Positions 52,401-60,600 of a DNA stretch of 64,000 bases are shown one piece after another (position 1 is the first letter of the stretch; the number at the start of each line of letters is the position of its first letter). The notes under the pieces are model-generated. The model was not told where the DNA came from. It saw only the letters and a program-made list of their open reading frames with translations, and did no database searches. The stretch lies in IMG/VR virus record IMGVR_UViG_3300027771_001853, positions 124,001-188,000 of that record; one strand, written 5' to 3'. Both the position numbers and the translations under genes were made by a program.

Positions 52401-52652
52401 TGCCGCGGAAACATATAGTCCACCATCACCTCCAGTATCACCAGACATTTTTATTGTATCACCAATAAAGTAATATCCTTCATCGAAAAATGGTGGTTGG
52501 TACCCAAATGCGTTACTAGCATTATTGTAAATATAAGTCAGTGAACCCCCTGGTTGTAGTGGGTTTTCTTGGTCTGATGCCCATATAGCCCCCGGATTAC
52601 AGTAATCTGGATTAGCATATAGTGAAACATGTACGTTACCTGTATAGGCCAT
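49497..52652 (-). CDS. Cys-rich structural protein with poly-Thr linkers and a C-terminal LamG/ConA-like region
   Basis: Several T4-T8 runs. C-terminus GWTVETII...GTLTIYVNGRPV...ISWGGG...FMGAISQFRYYLKPL...EIQHNF. Confidence 0.6.
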   Translation of the reverse strand: MAYTGNVHVSLYANPDYCNPGAIWASDQENPLQPGGSLTYIYNNASNAFGYQPPFFDEGYYFIGDTIKMSGDTGGDGGLYVSAANWNTLRFGQPAHSQFDHAIRTMHWLKACEYTNGSAFTHTLSGVTSGGTGPYTYEWEQQAYPYTGTTFNLATFGTAYTSSDSWGGYSGQSYQFVGTGDTVYGFFDNTYAQTYKGPSRVKLTVTDFTGGTASTFMSLSSGCTTMPWSAVTTTTTTSPPITGYCYTMRNCSANGNVVQFDQILSASTLLGGSYYEVLSPPNSNGIEHCRQIISGCGQTIGSNIQGLVINGPFSGCCDPTSSGVCSDLCPTTTTTTYNPHLTTTTSSTTLVPTTTTTTTCKLLYKVEPCVSTGGTITVVLTGSSCLDITLSADSYYRLESGWPDCSTDCYRVISGTTGWGGSQATIIAGVFSSCTHCDQGWIGETTTTTTAWPPFTTTTTSPVTETTTCSYYESDVTVHVVTQSARTANDVMNIWSILPSGLTHSPYDYDCRLKLKPVTGYSSYNINYSITSATGSCEGYYNELNGGFYQGFYKLQGYPYEVLPTRVECGWTVETIIRPRCNNICDGYTLNDLFPENKGIFFYMGTRAENKFRIPYSGENCIETCEPSCSGDSITLQTAGCSTHTDNCGNVHEDCVSASTYPYYVDCCSNNFALMLSGDCETGYRVGYRALYFSGGCVVTGTTDETIHYDRCGHPYKVGSGNPNCGTAFTYITACTVVNRFSDDIICDFTGQTEAPWLYVSAVFERDYCWDCCDLENKGGVNDLIHEPIPGVDSVFGYNDIELPTYLNFTKKWVQEKKFRMGTLTIYVNGRPVFVDRNFEEVIPRQLNTANQLQVGVPFNISWGGGSQGLLESFRFDGCDGCDIIVDSEVDCITENFAGTFMGAISQFRYYLKPLGVDEIQHNFLVEKDRYGLIDCQCGETPCNQGRAVYYTEGDSVDVMLNFPVPTTVLDFDGFDTYIDVTKHEGIKFKSILVDNVSAFTIKRYPNSVITDVIVETLPFCVGPNDIVQIIINRVDTNKKASATLIGNLYK

Positions 52653-52681
52653 AAAGTAATTATTTATTTATATATAAATAA

Positions 52682-53653
52682 TCAGTAAGGTCGTTTCGAC
52701 TCAACGAATCGCTTTATTTCTTCTACATATTTTATTGCACCGAAATCTGGTGAGTAATTTTGGAACTTTTCTGGGTTATTTTTGTACTCTGTGAATGGAC
52801 ATTTATTAATAAATTCACCCTTATAAAACTTTTCTCCTTTCATCTCATCTAGTATTCCAGCTAAATGAAATATGTTTTTTTCTTCATATCTAGAAACTGG
52901 GTCAGTGGCCCAACTAAAAGCCAATTCAGGGTGTAAAGCTGTTTCTTTTTCAAAATACCACATATTCCATAATATGGACCACATTTCCGCAGTCCAGAAT
53001 TGTATGTGAGCGGGAATTGGGTGTTTGTCCCCAAACTTCTTAGTAGCGTCATATATCCTATTACAATCAATATCTACCTTATGCCAAAAATGATAATCAG
53101 TATCCTTTATAAGATATTGTGCTCCCCCAGATTTACTATTATTTTGTTTTATTACATCCACTGATACACCAACCTTATCTGCCATATCTTCCAATAATTC
53201 GATATCACCTAGTTGTGGGTGCTGTGATTTATACCTATCACAACAACCTTTTATGTAATTATAATCTATGTAACCAGGACATTCAGAAACATAACTTATA
53301 TCATCAAGTAACATTGACCCAAAATCCGGTAGTTTCCTAAATAAAATATCTGAATCAGTTAAGAATATACACTTACCATCTTGTGGGTATTCCTTTAAAT
53401 AGTGTTTTACTAAGTGTGGTTTAATACTTGGGATGTACGACCTATTTGTTCTAGTATCTTTATAAAAATGAATATTATCAGGGTAGTCTCTTAGTAACTT
53501 TTTTAACCCTTCACTTGGTTCTTGAGCTCCATTCATTAAACCAAATATAGCTCTACATTTTTTAATAATCCCAAATTTCTCAAAATTAAAGAATAACATT
53601 CTTATTTGCCAATGAAAGTATGGTACGTCTGGTTGTGCACAGATAAAAATCAT
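52682..53653 (-). CDS. GT-A fold glycosyltransferase resembling peptidyl O-glycosyltransferases (SERGT1/HPAT-like)
   Basis: PYFHWQ, YIPSIKPHLVKHYL, DxD motif FLTDSDILF, GGAQYLI, WTAEMWS and IFHLAG. Confidence 0.7.
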   Translation of the reverse strand: MIFICAQPDVPYFHWQIRMLFFNFEKFGIIKKCRAIFGLMNGAQEPSEGLKKLLRDYPDNIHFYKDTRTNRSYIPSIKPHLVKHYLKEYPQDGKCIFLTDSDILFRKLPDFGSMLLDDISYVSECPGYIDYNYIKGCCDRYKSQHPQLGDIELLEDMADKVGVSVDVIKQNNSKSGGAQYLIKDTDYHFWHKVDIDCNRIYDATKKFGDKHPIPAHIQFWTAEMWSILWNMWYFEKETALHPELAFSWATDPVSRYEEKNIFHLAGILDEMKGEKFYKGEFINKCPFTEYKNNPEKFQNYSPDFGAIKYVEEIKRFVESKRPY

Positions 53654-53704
53654 ATATATTTTTTATATAAAATTAAATTGTTTTTACCTATAGTAAATGG
53701 ATTA

Positions 53705-55627
53705 TCAAATAGAAGAATTACATGACGCACAATCCGTGTAAGAAGCGTCTATAGTGTGTTGTATAGGTCTGGTAGTACTTCCTGCATTATAGTAACACTT
53801 GTCATTAACTTTTATATAATTAGATGAGGTAGGAGCTACCACTAAAGAACCATCCCATGAAGAAATGTTTAATTTAGATTCTACCTCATCTATACGATTG
53901 GCAATACCAATAAACCCATTAGGCCAAATACTATTTATATCTCCAGATGAAGCTCCACAACACATATACCTTGGGTAATTACCAGCAAAATTAATTCCGA
54001 CTATTTTTAATGCTCCACCTACACAACATAAAATCGCTGCACCGGAATCACCTCCGACACCAGGAGATGGGTCACCATCACCAGCTGATTTGAATAATAT
54101 TTGTTGGTCGTACATAAAATTAGGGTTACCTAATTTTATATTAGCAGCATTAACTGTTATTATTACTACGTCAGGATAACTCACACTTAAGATGTTACCA
54201 CTACTTCTACCTACTTTATAAACATAACTCCCCACCAACCCATTTACTTCTGCTGTTGTAGCGTGTTGGTATGGTCCCCAAGCTAGACCTAATATAGTTG
54301 TTGTTGGCTCTTCTGTTAATTCTATAAGTGCAGCGTCTACTTTATTTTGTGTGTAGTTATAACATAGTGGGTGGAATCTTTTCACTGAACCCATCTGTAC
54401 TCCCGCACTTGAATTTCCATTATCAGGATAACTAGGTTGTTGTGTTACGTACCCTGTTGACCAATTTGCTCCTTGTAACCCACCATTAGCAGTTGCACCA
54501 GCGGCAGAACCACAATCTATACCAGGATAATTAATTGGGTCCGCGTTTAGCCCAGCTGAAGCAAAATTATAACCTATAACATGATTATTAGTCACACCAA
54601 CTATTTTATCATCGGTATTATCGTAGGCTAACCACCCTAAAGTACCACTACCCGAACCACCCATAGATGGTGGGACTAAGGTTGTACCAATACTAACACC
54701 ACCAGGAATAGCTCTTTGGTTACTACTAGGTGTATAATAAGCGACACCATGGTCTGAACACGCAGGAACACTAATAGATGTTATATTACCACTGCAATAA
54801 CCTAGATTACCTGGACCATAATTAGGACTACATTGTGTACTTTCAGCTAGTATTAAAGCTTTATCATACACACATGTAGAATGTAATACTATCTCACTTG
54901 AAGTTGATATATCTGTTGGGATACCTCCTAGTTCTGACGGCAATAATTCACTATTACTTAATTCACTTAGGTTTTTCTTTTCTATTACATTTAAAGTAAT
55001 ACAATAAATTTCAGTATCCACATTATTTGTAATTTTTCGTCCCACGTACATAGATGTTAGACCTGTGGAAGTGAATGTACCAGAATATTTGTTTACCACA
55101 TAATCATGATAGGATTGGTGTTCAATTCCGTTAGAGTCGGTATAACCAGAATATATAGGGTCACTAGATATTGTGGCTCCTTTAACTCTGACTGTTGGTT
55201 GGACGTTTATAGTCATTTGTATTCTACCACCACCCCCTACGATTGATGGTGTTATAATATTTCCAGGTGTACACCCACTTTGACCATCACATGGTCTAAA
55301 TAATGTAGAAGTTGTTGGTGGTGAGTATGTTGTTGTCGTTGTGGTACCTGGTTGTGTTGTAGTTGTCGTAGTAGCTGGAGCTGCGGTTGTGGTCGTAGTA
55401 GTAGTAAAACAAGTATCGATTATCAAATCAGAACAGCTTGTACATCCAGAAGCATCTATTATTTGTAATCCGTATGTACCACAACATGCTGTAAAATACA
55501 CACAATCGTAATTTGTTGTAGCTACATTATTACACCCAGTTTCACATCCTTGGTTACAAAGACTTACACTATAAGGTGATACCCCACCACCCATACTAAT
55601 TGTTATACCTGTTAAATTACATGCCAT
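53705..55627 (-). CDS. Cys-rich / poly-Thr protein with trypsin-like (S1) serine protease domain
   Basis: GTLG...VTNNHV (His), VDAALI (Asp), KVGRSSG, GGDSGA (Ser) and VGINFAG. Confidence 0.8.
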   Translation of the reverse strand: MACNLTGITISMGGGVSPYSVSLCNQGCETGCNNVATTNYDCVYFTACCGTYGLQIIDASGCTSCSDLIIDTCFTTTTTTTAAPATTTTTTQPGTTTTTTYSPPTTSTLFRPCDGQSGCTPGNIITPSIVGGGGRIQMTINVQPTVRVKGATISSDPIYSGYTDSNGIEHQSYHDYVVNKYSGTFTSTGLTSMYVGRKITNNVDTEIYCITLNVIEKKNLSELSNSELLPSELGGIPTDISTSSEIVLHSTCVYDKALILAESTQCSPNYGPGNLGYCSGNITSISVPACSDHGVAYYTPSSNQRAIPGGVSIGTTLVPPSMGGSGSGTLGWLAYDNTDDKIVGVTNNHVIGYNFASAGLNADPINYPGIDCGSAAGATANGGLQGANWSTGYVTQQPSYPDNGNSSAGVQMGSVKRFHPLCYNYTQNKVDAALIELTEEPTTTILGLAWGPYQHATTAEVNGLVGSYVYKVGRSSGNILSVSYPDVVIITVNAANIKLGNPNFMYDQQILFKSAGDGDPSPGVGGDSGAAILCCVGGALKIVGINFAGNYPRYMCCGASSGDINSIWPNGFIGIANRIDEVESKLNISSWDGSLVVAPTSSNYIKVNDKCYYNAGSTTRPIQHTIDASYTDCASCNSSI

Positions 55628-55659
55628 ATCTTTATATAAATACTTTAATTAATCTTATT

Positions 55660-57570
55660 TTACAAACAACTCCCATCATCTAAATTAGCTCCAGGATAAT
55701 AATTCGATGCTCCAGGAGGACCTATCGGTGAATTATATGAAGGTGCATTTGGCCCACCCATTGGACACAACCCATATACACCAAAGAACCCACCAGTACA
55801 AGTATCACCAACAAGTGGGTCTGGTGCTATACCGGTCGTACAACAACCACCATCCATACAACCATAAATAAAAGCTATACAAGAACCGTCCTCACAAGTA
55901 GCTGATGGGTCATAATTGAATGAGGTAGCGTCTGTACATCCAAATACACATACTGTTGTAGTGGTTGTCACTATAGCACCACAACAAGAAGTATCCCCAA
56001 CATTCCCATTCCATTGCAAAGTATTAATATTCATTTGTAATGCACCAGCACAATCAATATAAAGCCCATTTATCATAGTGGGTAACGATGGTGGTGGTAC
56101 ACCTATTTCTCCAGTGAAATTATAATTAGCACCATTTGGGTCTAAACAATTACAATAACCAAAACAAGTTCCTAAATCTATTTGAGCACCAGCATAGTAG
56201 TTATATGCTTCACAACCAGGGTAAGGTGACGTAAACCAACCAGTGGGGTTAGTACAACTGCCCGCATTTGGACAATTTGTCCCTACACAATTTCCACCAT
56301 CCATACAACCGTATACAAGTGCTACACATGAACCATCATCACATATCGCATTTGGGTCATAGTTACATGCTTGACTATCTGTACAACCGTCAGGTAAAAT
56401 ACATGAACCATCATCAATAATTGCGGTTGGGTCATAGTTACATGCTGTTGGGTCTGTACAACCGTATATACTTGACGTGGTTGAGGTTGTGGTACAAAGA
56501 CATAAATCACCATTCATCCCAGTATCAACCGGTTGTCCAGCTGGTGGTGGTAAGGTTGGTGGGAACCATTGGTATATATCCCCGACTTGGTTACATTCAT
56601 ATTGTGTCAGACAAAGATTACAACCATCAATAGCTCCTGGTTGGGTGGACCACACTGGTGGGGACAAAGTAATTAAAGGAGAACCACTACATGGTGGACC
56701 AATTAGTTTATAACATTCTTGTAACCCAGTACCATTTAAATTATTCCATGATTGAGCCAAAAACACCGTTCCTGGAACCATACCAGATATGATAGCCGTC
56801 CAATCATACGGGAAGTTCACTTCTACTCTATAGATTGAACCGTCACAACACTTTTCCACACACCAATATGGGTTAGGTGGTTGTGTTGTTAGGGTTGTAG
56901 TGGTACACACATCACCAGGTGGAATAGTACAGCTCTTACACGTTACCGGGGTAGGGTTTATAAGTGTACCGTCAGCTTCAGCACATACATAATTCGCTGT
57001 AAATTCTATAATCTCCCAACAAGCTCTATAGTGAGTAATACTACCATCGAAAAAGCTAACATAAGTCACATCCAATTCTAAGATTGTACCAATAGGGTAT
57101 GACCATACTATAGCATATAAGGTTGGTCCACCTGTTGCTGTTGCCATAAATTCTAGTGTCCCAAATTGTGGACACATTTTTACACCCCTATTTACCACTA
57201 TTGTTGTTGTGGTTGTTGTAGTTTGGTTGCATCCATCACAACATCTACAATATAAAGAAACCTCCGAATCACAAGGTGGACCTGGTGTTGAAGAGGTACA
57301 GTATTGACATATCGCGTCTCTGGCTGATGGTAATAGACTTAACCAATAAGAGTAATTACATGGTTCACCTTGGTCTAAACCACCACAACAAGAGTCTAAG
57401 TTACTTGTACCCGGTTGGTTGGCATTGTTACAACAAGACGTATTATCTTGACACAATTGTTGTGTAGCATAAATTGTATTATTAATTGGAGCTATCCCAA
57501 AGACACAACACGGATAAGGTGTTTGTATTGGGTTAGCTAAAGTTAATTCTGTGGGACAGTACCAAGACAT
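55660..57570 (-). CDS. Cys-rich repeat protein (GCTD..A.NYDP.A..DDGSC repeats) with poly-Thr linkers
   Basis: Three near-complete GCTD...DGSC repeats plus GCMDG variants with insertions. Very high Cys content. Confidence 0.75.
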   Translation of the reverse strand: MSWYCPTELTLANPIQTPYPCCVFGIAPINNTIYATQQLCQDNTSCCNNANQPGTSNLDSCCGGLDQGEPCNYSYWLSLLPSARDAICQYCTSSTPGPPCDSEVSLYCRCCDGCNQTTTTTTTIVVNRGVKMCPQFGTLEFMATATGGPTLYAIVWSYPIGTILELDVTYVSFFDGSITHYRACWEIIEFTANYVCAEADGTLINPTPVTCKSCTIPPGDVCTTTTLTTQPPNPYWCVEKCCDGSIYRVEVNFPYDWTAIISGMVPGTVFLAQSWNNLNGTGLQECYKLIGPPCSGSPLITLSPPVWSTQPGAIDGCNLCLTQYECNQVGDIYQWFPPTLPPPAGQPVDTGMNGDLCLCTTTSTTSSIYGCTDPTACNYDPTAIIDDGSCILPDGCTDSQACNYDPNAICDDGSCVALVYGCMDGGNCVGTNCPNAGSCTNPTGWFTSPYPGCEAYNYYAGAQIDLGTCFGYCNCLDPNGANYNFTGEIGVPPPSLPTMINGLYIDCAGALQMNINTLQWNGNVGDTSCCGAIVTTTTTVCVFGCTDATSFNYDPSATCEDGSCIAFIYGCMDGGCCTTGIAPDPLVGDTCTGGFFGVYGLCPMGGPNAPSYNSPIGPPGASNYYPGANLDDGSCL

Positions 57571-57606
57571 ATTTTTATATTATTTTATTCATTAGTGATA
57601 AATAGT

Positions 57607-60600
57607 TTAGAACGGTAGACTTTGGCAGCTAGCTGGAATTGGCACCAACAACCCAGCATTACATTCAGTACAATTTGCCCATGTTTGGTTTAACGTAGTA
57701 TACCCGTCTGTATCTAGGTATGACATAGAGGTAGGTATAACTTGGTAACATTGTGATTGTAATGCGCTACCACCTACCGGTAATAAGATTAATTCTATTA
57801 CCGTACCAACCACAAATGAAGTTAATAAATTTTCTAAATTACTCCCCGTAGTAGGTTTATATTCCTGGTAATAAAGAGTACCTAGTTTTGGACAACACGC
57901 TCTAATTAAAAGATTACTAGATACTGGTTCAGTTGTGGTGGTTGTGGTACCTGGACAACATCCCTCTGCTAACTCAGTATAACCATGACCTGGTGGGTTA
58001 TAACTGATTAAATGGGCACTTAACTGGCTACAAGAATGGGGAGAAGGGTTACAGATAGTAACAAAACTATTAACGTTAACTAAAGTAGTAGCATTACCTA
58101 TAACCTCCACACAAAGAATTTTATCTCCAACCACAGGAATATTGAAGGTACCCGCAAAGGTATCTCCCACATTCAGTCCTTGGATGTATGTTAGTAGTGA
58201 CCCTGTTGCGGTATAGTGTTTATATGGTGCACAACACATTCTAATACCTAATACCACTGCAACTGATGTGGTTGTGGTGGTATTACCTAAACAACAGTCT
58301 GGGTCTGAAGCTGCACCCCAAACCCATAGTGGTGGGTTAGGTACGGTCTGGAGTGATGAACCAGCACTTATTGAACTAGAAGTTACATATATAGGATAAA
58401 TGTCTTTGTCTTGGGTAACACCATAAATGTTTTGGTTATAACAATATAACCCAAAGGTTACAACCCCACCCATATTAACCGTACCTAATAGAACACCAGT
58501 ATTCAAATCATAATAAGCTAATTCACTTCCTGTACTAGTTGCTAAAGCGACTATTAATGTATTACTCCCCGCTAAGTATAATATATCCCCCTGAACAACA
58601 TCACTCCCTGTTAAAGCTATAGAACTAGATAGTACAGCTGTATTGGTGGTTATATCTATGCTACATATATCCCCCATACATGGTGTAGCGTTCCAAGAAC
58701 TACCCCCAATTAAAGTAGTAGAATCTATAGCCGTTAAACCATTACCTATTTGAGCTGGAGTCGTAATCTCTCTGTTCCATGTAACATTACAAGTAACGGG
58801 GTCTATAATATATTCTTGAATTTTTATACTATAATATACCCATATTAGATTACCATACCTTGCTATATCTGCACTATAGCCTAGATTTTGTGTCGCTGTA
58901 AATAATAAATTAGTCTGATTTGTCGTATGGTTATAATTGTAAATGCCTGGTGGATTTGAACCATCTACAAATAATACACCACAAGAATCACATAGAGCTG
59001 TGGTTGTGGTGGTTGTTGTTGGTGACGTGGTGGTTGTGGTAGTTGGGCAACAAGTACCTAAATTATTATTACCAAGGAAAGCATCTAACTCGATACAGTC
59101 ATTCTGCATTGAGTATCCTACCGCGGTATCAACTATAAGACCACTAGGGTTAGTTATGATATTCCAACAAAGATTAGGTGTAGTTACCGAAGCACTACTT
59201 AAACTACCATAAAAGGCTTGGCCTATATTGTAACTTTGAATAAACGCTAATAGGTTACCTGTGACCACATACTGAGTAAAAGGGTAACAACATTCTTCTA
59301 GCCCTAACAAACTTGATGAGGTTGTGGTTGTGGTAGCTGGACAACAACCATTTAAAAGGTCTGGGAAACCATAACCGTTGTAAAGTTGTGTGTTACCATT
59401 TAAATCAGTACAGTCATTTGAGTATACCGTAGGACTAAAAAGCCATTCAAACTGACCCGTTTGTACTTGAGGGGAAGATAAAGGTATATTCATATCCATC
59501 TCCATACAAGCTGTAAGGTCCGTCCCATTAGGTAATGTTATTGTCATTACAAAAGCTCTAGTAAATGGTGGAAGACTATAGTCTATAAGGTTATAAAGTG
59601 AACTATTATAAATTACCTCATATTCCGTATAAGGGTCACAACACAATTTAAGACCAACTAAAGCACTAGTAGTTGTAGTTGTTGTTGGTGGTGAGTATGT
59701 TGTTGTTTCACAACATGGTGTAGCGTTCGCTGATACCAGACAATCTGGTTCGTATTGGTAAATACAGTTAGGTCCTGAACTACAGGGTTGACAAAAACAA
59801 TTAACCGTACAAAGACACAAACGTCCAGCCCAAGATAACATATCGTTAGGTGCATTATTGTGCATTTTTCCTATCACTTGACTCCAGTGGTCACTATAAA
59901 GAAAATCTTGAGGCCATGAATTAGTTGTGTTTATTACATTTAACGCGTCTATTAACATTTCCCAATGAGCGTTAATTGTTACTGGTCCTGATAAAAAATA
60001 TGACCCATTTGATGCGGATGAAACAAAACCGTTAATTTTATAATAATACCCGTCACCATTATATAAAGAACCAGTATTTTCACATATGTAACTTTGACCG
60101 ACAACAATACTAGGGTTTATAAAGAAATAGTTATCGAAGATTTCACTAGTTCCGTATGTAGCAACCAAGTAATCTGTATATATTTGATTATTAGTGTATT
60201 GTCCATTAACTGTCGTAATACCAGGTGGTGTAAGTTCAGTATCACTGCTATCACAACCTATCGCGTCTACACCTGGAACTGGTGTAAGTGACGAAACACA
60301 TTCCCACCACTGTGTTGTAGTTGTTGTTACTGAACATTGAAAGTACCATGGTGATTGAGCAATCCAACTTAAACAGGTAACACAGTTAGGTTGACCTGTT
60401 GTCCAATCGGCGGGTGGGAGTGGTGGTGTTGTAAAACCACCCGTAAGTATTACCCAACTTGGGCAAGAGGTATCTATAATTTTAAAGCAAGAAGTGAAGA
60501 CAACCCCTGCAGGGTCCGATACTGTCAACGCAAGAACCGTTTGTCCTGGAGTGTAAGCAGCATTTGCTATTATAACATATAAAGGACTACCCAATGTGAC

